Source: a virus
Taxonomy: Duplodnaviria; Caudoviricetes
Virus record (IMG/VR): IMGVR_UViG_3300042542_002992
Coordinates: 1-62,327 of that record
Length of the DNA stretch: 62,327 nt
Direction: 5' to 3' (one strand)
A program made the position numbers and the translations under genes. Under the pieces are notes generated by a model that was not told the origin of the DNA, searched no databases, and saw only the letters and a program-made list of their open reading frames with translations. The first letter of the stretch is position 1. Each line of letters starts with the position of its first letter. Below, piece by piece: positions 9,677 to 19,256 of the stretch.

Positions 9677-10816
9677 ATGACAAAACCAAGTATAGTTTTT
9701 GCCACAATGTGCAAAAACGAAGAACATTGTATTCTCCAAACATTGGAGTCTGTTGCTGATTATATTGATTATTGGGTAGTGTGTGATACTGGCTCTACTG
9801 ATAAGACAATTGAGTTAGTAAAAACATTCTTTGAGGAAAGAAATATCCCTGGAGAATTGCATCAAGACGATTGGGTCGGATTTGACCACAATAAAACCCT
9901 TATGATGGATAGAGCCAAAGGTAAAGCTGATTACATTATGCATTTAGATGCTGATGACCTATTGGTGGGTGACTTTTCGTTCGAAGTTTCAGAGCTTGAA
10001 GATGCTTATTTTATTCCTGTAAAACGTGGTACATCTGAATGGAAAGCTCTGATTATGTTTAATGGAAATCACAGTTGGAAGTTTTGTGGTGTAGCTCATA
10101 CTACTATCAAGAATTTGGATAAACCAAATTATACTACAGGTGATTTATCACATCTTGGATACTACATTTCAGGAGAAGGAATTGGGTCACGAGCATTCGA
10201 CCCCAAGAAGTATTTGTATGATGCTGAGCGATTACAAAAACAATTTTGGGATACGTTGATTAATGATCCTGACGAACTGAATAGTCGTTCGGTATTTTAT
10301 ACAGCCCAAAGTTATATGGACTATGGTATGTATCGTGAAGCTTTACAATGGAATCGTTTGTACCTAAAATTAAAAAATGTATGGATTGAAGAAGTTTTTG
10401 AGGCACATATGCGAAGTTCGGTATGTCTTATGAGACTTGATGCTGACTTGAACGAAATCCTTATGGAAATGAATTCTGCTATTAACTTATTTCCAGACCG
10501 AGCTGAACCATATCTAACTTTAGGTGCTTATTTAAATTCAATCAGTAAGTGGGAAATGGGATATGAGTATTTAAGTAAAGCTCGTACTTTAAGTTTAGAT
10601 TTGGCAAAATCAAAATACATTTTATTTATCAACGAAAAGGCATATGGTAAATATATAAATGATGAACTATCAGTTTCATGTTATTGGACAGGTCGATATG
10701 AAGAAGGTCTTGAATACTTGTCTGAAATTTTGAATGATTCTGATTTCGAATCATCCAAAGATAGATTGCTTGATAACTTAAACCATTTCAATAATAGGTT
10801 GGATGAAAAAAACTGA
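9677..10816 (+). CDS. GT2 glycosyltransferase with C-terminal TPR
   Basis: KNEE, DTGSTD, LDADD; helical FY.AQSY and P.RAEP repeats. Confidence 0.85.
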   Translation: MTKPSIVFATMCKNEEHCILQTLESVADYIDYWVVCDTGSTDKTIELVKTFFEERNIPGELHQDDWVGFDHNKTLMMDRAKGKADYIMHLDADDLLVGDFSFEVSELEDAYFIPVKRGTSEWKALIMFNGNHSWKFCGVAHTTIKNLDKPNYTTGDLSHLGYYISGEGIGSRAFDPKKYLYDAERLQKQFWDTLINDPDELNSRSVFYTAQSYMDYGMYREALQWNRLYLKLKNVWIEEVFEAHMRSSVCLMRLDADLNEILMEMNSAINLFPDRAEPYLTLGAYLNSISKWEMGYEYLSKARTLSLDLAKSKYILFINEKAYGKYINDELSVSCYWTGRYEEGLEYLSEILNDSDFESSKDRLLDNLNHFNNRLDEKN

Positions 10817-12035
10817 TGTATTAATAATTGGTGGTGGTGTTACTGGCCTTTCGTTGGCTTCATATTTGTCTAAAAAAGATTATTTGATTTTAGAAAAAGA
10901 CTCTGAAGTTGGTGGGTATTGTAAAACGGAAATTCGAGGTGAATATACTTGGGATTATTCCGGACACTTTTTTCATTTCAAAAATGAAGAAATCAAAAAT
11001 TATATATTAGAAAACATTGAGTGTGAACTATTAGATGTCAAAAAAATAACGGATATTTCATACAAAGATAAAATTATAGATTTCCCATTTCAATATAATA
11101 TACATCAGTTGGATGAGGTTGAATACAATGAATGTCTTGAAGATTTAAAAAATTGTAAGGATGAAGATACGACTACATTTAAATCCTATGTAAAGTCAAC
11201 ATTAGGAGCCGGTATTTGTAACAAATTTGTAATACCATATAATGAAAAACTATACGCCTGTAATCTTGATACATTGGAGTTTGATTCCATGGGTAGGTTT
11301 TTTCCAAAAATGATTAAGCATGAAGATTTATTAAAATCCCAAAATTCTAAATCATATAACGATAATTTCATATATCCAATTGGTGGAAGCTACGAGTATA
11401 TAAAATCAATTCTAAAAAGAATAGATACCTCAAAAATCAGATTAAATGAGGCCGTATCATCGATTGATTTTGAAAATAAAATTGTCACAACAACGTTGGG
11501 GGATACAATTCAATTTGAAAATCTTGTAAGTACAATCCCATTTAATAAGCTTTTAAGTATAAGTGGTAACCCATGTGACTCACTATCTTCAAATAAAGTA
11601 GCCGTATTCAATTTGGGATTTGACAAAGGTACTGATATAAAAACACATTGGAGATATTTTCCAGGAGAAGAAGTATTTTATAGAGTGGGGTTTTATAACA
11701 ACATATTAAATCAAGAAAAAATGAGTTTATATGTTGAAGTGGGGTTGAGTGAACACCAACTTATAGATTCAGGTGTACTATTAAAATGTGTAATTTCAGA
11801 TTTAAAAAAGTGTGGTATTATAACTAACCATGAGTTAGTAGAGCATCAATTTATTCTTATGAATCCTGCGTATGTACACATTACACAAAAATCAAAGGAA
11901 ACCTATAACAAGTGGTGTTCAGAATACAATAAATTGGGCATTTACTCGATAGGAAGATATGGGTCTTGGACATATTGTTCGATTGAAGACAATATCATAG
12001 ATGCCAAAAATTTATCAGAATCTTTGGAAAATTGA
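10803..12035 (+). CDS. FAD-dependent oxidoreductase (UDP-galactopyranose mutase/protoporphyrinogen oxidase-like)
   Basis: IIGGGVTG, LEK..EVGG, D..GH, PYNEK, GRYG.W.Y. Confidence 0.8.
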   Translation: MKKTDVLIIGGGVTGLSLASYLSKKDYLILEKDSEVGGYCKTEIRGEYTWDYSGHFFHFKNEEIKNYILENIECELLDVKKITDISYKDKIIDFPFQYNIHQLDEVEYNECLEDLKNCKDEDTTTFKSYVKSTLGAGICNKFVIPYNEKLYACNLDTLEFDSMGRFFPKMIKHEDLLKSQNSKSYNDNFIYPIGGSYEYIKSILKRIDTSKIRLNEAVSSIDFENKIVTTTLGDTIQFENLVSTIPFNKLLSISGNPCDSLSSNKVAVFNLGFDKGTDIKTHWRYFPGEEVFYRVGFYNNILNQEKMSLYVEVGLSEHQLIDSGVLLKCVISDLKKCGIITNHELVEHQFILMNPAYVHITQKSKETYNKWCSEYNKLGIYSIGRYGSWTYCSIEDNIIDAKNLSESLEN

Positions 12036-12054
12036 AAATAATTTCGTATATTAA
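12023..12054 (+). promoter_or_regulatory. Bacteroidota-type promoter
   Basis: TTTG(12023)-N20-TATATTAA(12047). Confidence 0.55.
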
Positions 12055-12059
12055 TGGTT

Positions 12060-12470
12060 ATGAAAAAGCAATTAGAACAACTGAAAGAATTCCACACCAC
12101 GTTCAACCATCCGATTGAATTGACACCAACCGCTCAATCCGATGAATTGGCTCAATTGAGATACAAACTTGGTAAAGAGGAGTTGGATGAATATCTTGAA
12201 GCAAATCAAAATGATGACCCCGTTGGTATTGCTGATGCTCTGGCTGACCAACTTTACATTCTTTTAGGTACTATGTTAGTACATGGTATGCAAGATGTGA
12301 TTGAAGAGGTCTTTGATGAAGTTCAACGTTCAAATATGTCAAAGTTGGGTGAGGATGGTAAACCCATCTATCGTGAGGATGGTAAGATACTAAAGGGGCC
12401 GAATTATTCGAAACCAGATATTGGTAAGATTATACACAAAAAATGGGAACTCGATTCCCAAAACAAATAG
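12060..12470 (+). CDS. MazG-like nucleoside triphosphate pyrophosphohydrolase (PRA-PH family)
   Basis: EELDE, ADALADQLY, EVQRSNMSK, REDGKILKGPNY. Alternative start at 12054. Confidence 0.88.
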   Translation: MKKQLEQLKEFHTTFNHPIELTPTAQSDELAQLRYKLGKEELDEYLEANQNDDPVGIADALADQLYILLGTMLVHGMQDVIEEVFDEVQRSNMSKLGEDGKPIYREDGKILKGPNYSKPDIGKIIHKKWELDSQNK

Positions 12471-12683
12471 ATGAAAAAATTTAGAATAATGTTAAGAGGA
12501 GAATCACACCCAGCCCATAAACTTACGGAAGACCAAGTGAAGGCTATCCGTAAACTTTGGGCTATTGGCCATAGAAACATTAGAGTTCTTGCCCGTAATA
12601 ACGGAGTTTCTCCTGCTAACATCAGAAAGATTGTTAAGGGGGAAACTTGGACTCATATTCTAAATTGGCCGTATGAAAATTGA
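12471..12683 (+). CDS. small HTH DNA-binding protein (resembles C-terminal domain of HNH homing endonucleases)
   Basis: RGE.HP..KLT..QV..IR and LA..GVS...I..I..G.TW.H pattern. Confidence 0.7.
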   Translation: MKKFRIMLRGESHPAHKLTEDQVKAIRKLWAIGHRNIRVLARNNGVSPANIRKIVKGETWTHILNWPYEN

Positions 12684-13434
12684 AGGTAAAACCTATTCTG
12701 ATATAAGTAAATTTTCGGTTAGACCGATTTCAAAATCCATTGCAAAGGATATTATTGTTAACAACCACTATAGTGGTATTTGGACAAAGGTATCATATGC
12801 TCTTGGATTGTTTTACAAATCAGAAAGTGACCATCAATTTTTTAGTGGTGTAAATGAAGAGTTGGTCGGAGTTGCTACTTATGGAGACCCCATTGGTAGA
12901 CATTCCGGCCAATCCATTTCGCCAATTCTTGATAGAACTGAAGTTTTAGAACTAACACGTTTATTTGTATTTGATGGTTATGGTTGTAACATTGAAAGTT
13001 GGTTTGTAAGTCAAACTTTCAAATGGTTACGAAATAACGCTCCCCACATAAGAGCCCTTGTATCATATTCAGACCCGAAGGTGGGTCATTTGGGGACTGT
13101 ATACCAATCTACAAATTGGATATATCAAGGTAATAGAATTCGACCAAATGATTCGTGGTCATTCAAGTGGAATGAGGACGAGGAGTGGCATCATAGTAGA
13201 ACCTCATTTGTCAGATACGGAACTAACAATCCAAAAAAAATTCAAGAAATGGTGGACAAACCATTTTGGATTAAGAAAGAACCGAGAAAACATAGATATG
13301 TTTATGTTTTGGATAAGTCACAAAAAAGTCGTATATTGAAGACTCTAAAATACCCATCCTTACCATATCCAAAAGTAAGTGAGGTATTCGAAGAAGAGAT
13401 ACATAAATTAGAACCAATTGAAAGAGGAAAATAA
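12673..13434 (+). CDS. Mom-like GNAT DNA-modification protein 1
   Basis: HYS, GVATYG.P, LELTRL, ESWF, SYSD...GH.G.VYQSTNWIYQG, KHRYVY. Confidence 0.8.
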   Translation: MKIEGKTYSDISKFSVRPISKSIAKDIIVNNHYSGIWTKVSYALGLFYKSESDHQFFSGVNEELVGVATYGDPIGRHSGQSISPILDRTEVLELTRLFVFDGYGCNIESWFVSQTFKWLRNNAPHIRALVSYSDPKVGHLGTVYQSTNWIYQGNRIRPNDSWSFKWNEDEEWHHSRTSFVRYGTNNPKKIQEMVDKPFWIKKEPRKHRYVYVLDKSQKSRILKTLKYPSLPYPKVSEVFEEEIHKLEPIERGK

Positions 13435-14212
13435 ACATTATGTAGACACGTCACGAGTTTTTATTCGTGAGATTAACAAAGCAATTGCAAAAGATATGAT
13501 TGTTACATATCACTATTCGCACGCTTGGACTATGTGTAGATACGCATTGGGGGTGTTCTATAAAACTGATGAGAAAGATATTCTTGGGAATGATGAAAAA
13601 CTGATTGGTGTTGCTGTTTATGGATTTCCAGTTGGAAGGTCTGCTGTAACTTCTATTATTGATGGGTTGGGTAATGACCAATGTTTGGAATTAACACGAT
13701 TGTTTATTCACGATGGGTATGGTTCAAATATTGAGTCATACGCATTAGGACAAACATTCAAGTGGTTAAGAGAGAATGCTCCAAACATAAAAATGCTACT
13801 ATCATATTCAGACCCATTCCAAGGTCATTTAGGGGGTATCTATCGTGCTACGAATTGGTTATTTCAAGATACCAACAAAATACAGCTAATGCCGAATTAT
13901 GGAATTTGTTTGGAAAGTGAAGATGGTCAATATATCCATTCACGGACTGTATTCTCAAGATGGGGTAGTCACAACTTGGAACACCTCAAAACTGAAATTG
14001 GCAAGGATGGATACAAAGAGTTCTGGCGTAGAAAGGAGATGTCTAAACTACGATACATTCAGATTCTACCAACCAATAAGTCGGAGAAGAAGCGTTTGCT
14101 TAAAGCTCTGAAACATCCATGTGAAACACCACCATCTGATATCAAAGACATTTTACCGGCAGCCGAAAGGTATGAAACTTACGAGCCCGAAAATAAAGTG
14201 AATTTTTGGTAA
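13418..14212 (+). CDS. Mom-like GNAT DNA-modification protein 2
   Basis: HYS, GVAVYG.P, LELTRL, SYSDP.QGH.GGIYRATNW; clear paralogue of the upstream gene. Confidence 0.8.
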   Translation: MKEENKHYVDTSRVFIREINKAIAKDMIVTYHYSHAWTMCRYALGVFYKTDEKDILGNDEKLIGVAVYGFPVGRSAVTSIIDGLGNDQCLELTRLFIHDGYGSNIESYALGQTFKWLRENAPNIKMLLSYSDPFQGHLGGIYRATNWLFQDTNKIQLMPNYGICLESEDGQYIHSRTVFSRWGSHNLEHLKTEIGKDGYKEFWRRKEMSKLRYIQILPTNKSEKKRLLKALKHPCETPPSDIKDILPAAERYETYEPENKVNFW

Positions 14213-14217
14213 AAGTG

Positions 14218-14249
14218 TTTGTATATATCAAATTAATTTTGTATCTTTG
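14218..14249 (+). promoter_or_regulatory. Bacteroidota-type promoter for GT/DNA polymerase operon
   Basis: TTTG(14218)-N20-TATCTTTG(14242). Confidence 0.75.
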
Positions 14250-14255
14250 TAAAAT

Positions 14256-15383
14256 ATGTTTTGGGATAGTATAGATTATAATAACGCACGTAAAGTGTTG
14301 GTGATACCAAATATTACCAACTCTTCTAATATTGATAAGGACTCGTTTGTAGATGTGATTCATAATCATATTAAAGCACTCGAATCACATGGAGAATACT
14401 TTTGGAATATATTGATGCCGGTTGGTAAGGTCAGTAAAAAGCTTAATTTACCAAATGTAAAACAACATCAAGTTGAGATTCCTGGTGATATGATGAATCA
14501 GAGGTCATTCCCATCACCAAAACTTATAAACCTACTCAAAGACATTGACTATGATGTAATCTACTCACACTTACCAGATTGGCCGCAAGTGGGTAGGTAC
14601 AAGAAATCAATGGACACTAAAATTGTTGGGTATTGTCATTGGTGGGAAATGAAATCTTGTAATGGGCCGGACAATAGAGCTGGAAAGGCAAAGTGGCTGT
14701 GGTTACCCATGGAGATTCTTGGAGTATCACAAATGGATGTGTGTTACCTTAACACCCAAGACCAAAAGAATAGGGTATTGGATGAAGCATTAGAAATATT
14801 TAATGAAGAATTTGTTCAGAAGTTAGATAGTATTTTAAAAGTTTGGAACTTGGGCGTACCTAAAGATAAGGTGGTAACTGACTTGAAGGATACAAAAGAT
14901 AATGTTATTGTATTCAACCACCGAGCAGCAGCATATAAGGGATATCCAAAGTTTATTGAGTTGATGGAAGAATATCGTACACAACGACAAGATTTTACGG
15001 TATGGATTCCACAATTAACAGGTGATTCGCCACATCCTTGGATTGATAATACAAAAGTACCAAAACACGACTACTATAAACGACTTCAGAATTGTAAGGT
15101 GGGTGTTCAGATGCGTCAAACCAACTATGGATGGTCAGTAAGTGGTACTGATTGTATGATGAACGGAACTCCAATGATTTGGCAAGAATCTGATTGTTAT
15201 CGCGAGATTGACCCTAAAGGAATGTTCTTCAAATATAAGAAGGAATTCTTTGAGTATTTGGATAAAATGTTGGATGATGATACTTTCAGAAAAGAACAAG
15301 ACACATTGTCAGTACAACGAGCTATGGAACTATCTTTGAACGAAGATAAAATGATTAAAGAACTACATAAACAATTAAATTAA
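14256..15383 (+). CDS. GT-B fold glycosyltransferase, possibly DNA-modifying
   Basis: YDVIYSH, IVFNHR...YKG, WSVS..D.M..G.P donor-binding region; coupled to polB by TAATG overlap. Confidence 0.7.
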   Translation: MFWDSIDYNNARKVLVIPNITNSSNIDKDSFVDVIHNHIKALESHGEYFWNILMPVGKVSKKLNLPNVKQHQVEIPGDMMNQRSFPSPKLINLLKDIDYDVIYSHLPDWPQVGRYKKSMDTKIVGYCHWWEMKSCNGPDNRAGKAKWLWLPMEILGVSQMDVCYLNTQDQKNRVLDEALEIFNEEFVQKLDSILKVWNLGVPKDKVVTDLKDTKDNVIVFNHRAAAYKGYPKFIELMEEYRTQRQDFTVWIPQLTGDSPHPWIDNTKVPKHDYYKRLQNCKVGVQMRQTNYGWSVSGTDCMMNGTPMIWQESDCYREIDPKGMFFKYKKEFFEYLDKMLDDDTFRKEQDTLSVQRAMELSLNEDKMIKELHKQLN

Positions 15384-17905
15384 TGTATCAAAATGTTTAC
15401 TACGATAAAGAACAAGGTATCATCCATTGTTGGGATGACCAAAAGGGTTATTTTACAAGCAAGTACCGTAGATATGCTTATGTTAGAGATGGTAATGGTA
15501 CTTTTACTTCTATTCACGGAGAGCGTCTTAAAAAGATAAACTTTTGGAAAAAAGAGGATAATCTCAAACTATACGAATCTGATGTAAACGAGGTAACTCG
15601 GTTTCTGATTGATGAATATGGTGATTCGGATGAGGTATCAAAAGGACATACTATTTTAACTTTCGATATTGAGGTCGAAATGAATAGTGGGTTGCCGGAT
15701 GTTAATAAAGCTGAAAACGAAATCACGTCAATAGCCGGACACGACTCCGTGACCAATGATTACTTTGTGTATGTAGTCAGTAAGGGTGGTAATATCAATA
15801 AAAGAATCAAAGGTGCTGAAGTTCGTTCGTTTGATACTGAAGCAGACCTTTTGGTTGCTTTCTTAAATAAATGGCAAGAAATCAATCCTACAATTGTTAC
15901 AGGTTGGAACATTGACTATTTTGATATTACATACTTGTATAATCGATTGAAAAATGTTGTCGGTGAACGTATGGCTAACAAACTTTCTCCGATTGGTAAG
16001 ATTGGGTATAACAAATATCGTAATCGTTACATTATCGCAGGTGTATCTTGTTTGGACTATCTTGCTCTTTACAAAAACTTTACCTACCAAGAATTTCCAA
16101 ACTATCGATTAGACACCATTGCTAATTTGGTATTGGGTCGTGGTAAGATTGAATACAAAGGTAACCTTGACCAATTATTCAGAGATGATATTGAAAAGTT
16201 TATTGAGTATAACTTGGTCGATGTTGAGTTGGTTGTTGAGATGGATAGAAAACTTCAGTTCATCGAACTTGCTCAAGCGATTTGTCATGCCGGTCACGTT
16301 TTCTATGAGGACTTTTTATTCTCATCAAAATGGTTGGAAGGTGCTATCTTGACGTTCTTGCGTAGAAGTGGTCGTGTTGCTCCTGATAAACCAGATAGGG
16401 CTGATAAAAACGAGGATGGAACTGATGGTGAAGAGAAATTTACCGGTGCTTATGTTAAAGAACCCAAACCGGGTCTTTATAAATGGGTTTATGACTTGGA
16501 TTTAACTTCTCTGTACCCATCAATCATTATGACACTCAATGTTAGTCCTGAAACCAAGATTGGTAAGTTGAAGTCATTTTCGTCAGAGGACTACATGAAA
16601 GATACTATTGATTCTTATGTGATAGTCGAAGAGAATGGTACTGAATATCCACCATTAAACAAGGCTCAGTTCCAAAAATTGATTGAAGATTCAAATTATT
16701 CAATTTCATCAAATGGTGTATTGTACACTCAAGATAAAGTTGGTGTTATTCCTGAAATCTTAAATGTGTGGTTTGACAAACGAGTTGAGTACAAAGACTT
16801 GATGAAGAAATATGGTAAAGAAGGTAACAACGAACTTTACAAATTCTATTCACAACGTCAGTTAGTACAAAAGATTATGTTGAACTCGTTGTATGGTGTA
16901 TTGGGATTACCCTCATTCAGATTCTATGATGTGGATAATGCTGAAGCAACTACAATCACGGGTCAGACTGTTATTAAAACTACCGAGAAGATAGCTAACC
17001 AATATTACACCAAAATTATTGGTAGAGATGGTGACTATAATGTGTACACCGATACGGACTCGGTATTCTATCAGGCGCTTCCTTTGGTTCAAGCCAGAAA
17101 CCCAAACATTGACCCCACGTCAGATGAACAAATGGTTCCCGCTATTTTGTCAGTAGCTAAAGAGGTTCAAGAACACATTAATAAGGTTTACGACACTATG
17201 TCGAAAAAACTATTCAATGTTAATTCTCACCGATTTGATATCAAACAAGAAACTATCGCAAAGGGTGGATTTTGGGTATCAAAGAAACGATACGCTCAAT
17301 GGATTATCAATGATAATACCGTACCATGTGATAAGATGGATGTAAAGGGGCTTGATGTTCGTAGGTCTTCTTTTCCAACTTACTTTAAGAAAGTCATGGA
17401 GACTGTACTTTTGGATATTCTAAAGGGTGTTGACAAATCTGAAATCGACACTAAACTGATTGACTTCAAAGACAAAATGTCAGACCAAAACTTCGTTGAT
17501 ATTGCAAAGAATTCCGCTGTAAAGGATATGTCAAAATACATCAAGAAACGTACTGTATATTCTTTGAACGAGTTTGAAAAGGGAACTCCAGCCCACGTTA
17601 AGGCAGCCATAACTTACAATCGATTGTTGAAGTTTTATGATGCACCTTACAAGTATGAACCAATGAAGGATGGTGACAAGATTAAGTGGGTATATCTAAA
17701 ACGAAATCCCATGGGGATTGAAGCCACAGCGTTCACCGGTCACAATGACCCATCTCAAATTGAAGATTTGATTAGACAACACATCGATGTTGACTTGATT
17801 TGGGAAAAGGAGTTAGAAAATAAGATTACCGACTTCTACAACGCAATGGGGTGGGATAAACCAAATCCGAATCTTGCGAAGGCATCACAATTCTTTGGAT
17901 TCTAA
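15383..17905 (+). CDS. family B DNA polymerase (T4 gp43-like)
   Basis: FDIE and GWN..FD exonuclease motifs; DLTSLYPS, KIMLNSLYG, YTDTDS, KKRY polymerase motifs. Confidence 0.97.
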   Translation: MYQNVYYDKEQGIIHCWDDQKGYFTSKYRRYAYVRDGNGTFTSIHGERLKKINFWKKEDNLKLYESDVNEVTRFLIDEYGDSDEVSKGHTILTFDIEVEMNSGLPDVNKAENEITSIAGHDSVTNDYFVYVVSKGGNINKRIKGAEVRSFDTEADLLVAFLNKWQEINPTIVTGWNIDYFDITYLYNRLKNVVGERMANKLSPIGKIGYNKYRNRYIIAGVSCLDYLALYKNFTYQEFPNYRLDTIANLVLGRGKIEYKGNLDQLFRDDIEKFIEYNLVDVELVVEMDRKLQFIELAQAICHAGHVFYEDFLFSSKWLEGAILTFLRRSGRVAPDKPDRADKNEDGTDGEEKFTGAYVKEPKPGLYKWVYDLDLTSLYPSIIMTLNVSPETKIGKLKSFSSEDYMKDTIDSYVIVEENGTEYPPLNKAQFQKLIEDSNYSISSNGVLYTQDKVGVIPEILNVWFDKRVEYKDLMKKYGKEGNNELYKFYSQRQLVQKIMLNSLYGVLGLPSFRFYDVDNAEATTITGQTVIKTTEKIANQYYTKIIGRDGDYNVYTDTDSVFYQALPLVQARNPNIDPTSDEQMVPAILSVAKEVQEHINKVYDTMSKKLFNVNSHRFDIKQETIAKGGFWVSKKRYAQWIINDNTVPCDKMDVKGLDVRRSSFPTYFKKVMETVLLDILKGVDKSEIDTKLIDFKDKMSDQNFVDIAKNSAVKDMSKYIKKRTVYSLNEFEKGTPAHVKAAITYNRLLKFYDAPYKYEPMKDGDKIKWVYLKRNPMGIEATAFTGHNDPSQIEDLIRQHIDVDLIWEKELENKITDFYNAMGWDKPNPNLAKASQFFGF

Positions 17906-18516
17906 TGAGTGTTACCAATTACATAGTAGAACCATGTCCACGAAGTGAAATTGCTAATTTTGTGGAAACACATCACTATTCAAAAAATATGAATGGATTA
18001 CACATTTCATATTGTTTTAAGTTGATGGATGGTAATACTATGATTGGTGCTATGGTGTATGGTTCTTTGGGGATGGTTGGTGTTGCTGAAAAATATACAA
18101 CCAACCCATCAAAACTTTTAGAGTTGAAACGGCTCGTTTGTATTGATGAAACCCCAAAGAATACCGAATCGTATTTTATAGGTTGGACTCTTCGCTGGTT
18201 ACAACGAAATACCGATTTGGAAATGATAATCTCATATGCTGATAAAACATTTGGACACGAAGGTGTTGTGTATAAGGCAACAAACTTCGAGTACAAAGGA
18301 GAGACTTCAGCTGGAAGAGTAATAATGTGGAATGGTCGTAGGTATCATGACAAAACATTGAGAAACAAACACAATGGGAAATTAAAACCCATTGCTATTG
18401 AATTGAAAAACGCATTGGAGAGTGGAGAAGCGACATACGTTGATACCTTGACGAAAAACATCTACGTCTATCGTTTCAAAAAAAGAAAACAAAAAATTCA
18501 CCAATGGTTTGGATAA
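17905..18516 (+). CDS. Mom-like GNAT DNA-modification protein 3
   Basis: HHYS, GAMVYG, LELKRL, NTESYFIG..LRWL, SYAD..FGH.G.VYKATNF.Y.G. Confidence 0.8.
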   Translation: MSVTNYIVEPCPRSEIANFVETHHYSKNMNGLHISYCFKLMDGNTMIGAMVYGSLGMVGVAEKYTTNPSKLLELKRLVCIDETPKNTESYFIGWTLRWLQRNTDLEMIISYADKTFGHEGVVYKATNFEYKGETSAGRVIMWNGRRYHDKTLRNKHNGKLKPIAIELKNALESGEATYVDTLTKNIYVYRFKKRKQKIHQWFG

Positions 18517-18539
18517 TTCAGGATTATTTCGTATATTCG
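18508..18539 (+). promoter_or_regulatory. Bacteroidota-type promoter for sliding clamp operon
   Basis: TTTG(18508)-N20-TATATTCG(18532). Confidence 0.65.
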
Positions 18540-18560
18540 TAACAAATAAAAAATAAAAAC

Positions 18561-19256
18561 ATGAAAAAAAGTTCATTTGAAGGGTTTGTAGCCCGTTACA
18601 ACTTGGGTGGTGAGGTTGAATCCGTAAAAATCAACTCAACCGATGAAGGAATGTCTGTTCGATTCATCTCCGATGACAAAACCCTATTGGGTAGTGTTGA
18701 GACTGAAGAAAAAGAGTTCCCAAATGGTGAGTTTGGTGTTTACACGACATCACAACTAAAAGGTCTGCTTGGCGTTTTGGATTCTAACGTTAAAGTAGAA
18801 CAAGGTGAGGCATCCTTGGTTTTTTCAGACAATGGTACGTCTGTAAACTATATGTTGGCTGACCTTTCGGTTATTCCTGTAGTTCCCGAATTAAAACAAC
18901 TTCCCGATTTTGGTTCATCAGTAACACTTGATGACGAGTTCGTGGCTAAGTTTATTAAATCTAAAGGTGCTTTGAGTGATTCAGACACATTTACATTTAA
19001 GTGTAAAGGAAACAAAGGTGAGGTGATTTTGGGTTACTCTAAAATTAACTCAAACCGAATCTCTATCAATGTCGAGTGCACGTGTGCTTCTGACGTTGAA
19101 CCAATTTCATTCTCCGCCAAATATCTTAAAGAAATCCTCAATGCTAACCGAGGTGCTAAAGCTTCTTCGTTGAAGATTTCGTCTCAAGGTCTGGCTCATG
19201 TTGCTTTTGAACATGATGGGTTTAAGTCAAACTATTATTTGGTAGAGATTAAGTAA
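18561..19256 (+). CDS. DNA polymerase sliding clamp (gp45/PCNA-like)
   Basis: 231 aa; EFGVY, F...YL and ISSQG...F....YYL patterns; lies between polymerase and clamp loader. Confidence 0.8.
   Translation: MKKSSFEGFVARYNLGGEVESVKINSTDEGMSVRFISDDKTLLGSVETEEKEFPNGEFGVYTTSQLKGLLGVLDSNVKVEQGEASLVFSDNGTSVNYMLADLSVIPVVPELKQLPDFGSSVTLDDEFVAKFIKSKGALSDSDTFTFKCKGNKGEVILGYSKINSNRISINVECTCASDVEPISFSAKYLKEILNANRGAKASSLKISSQGLAHVAFEHDGFKSNYYLVEIK

Noticed and set aside
12468-12473. In-frame TAG-ATG junction between MazG and HTH genes suggesting amber recoding
   Set aside because: nrdA ends at TAG right after its canonical CxxCxG tail, and no core gene is broken by TAG, so the standard code fits.
3015-17905. 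Inteins or introns in recA, helicase, nrdAB or polB
   Set aside because: Lengths and motif spacing are normal, with no splicing motifs or frame breaks.
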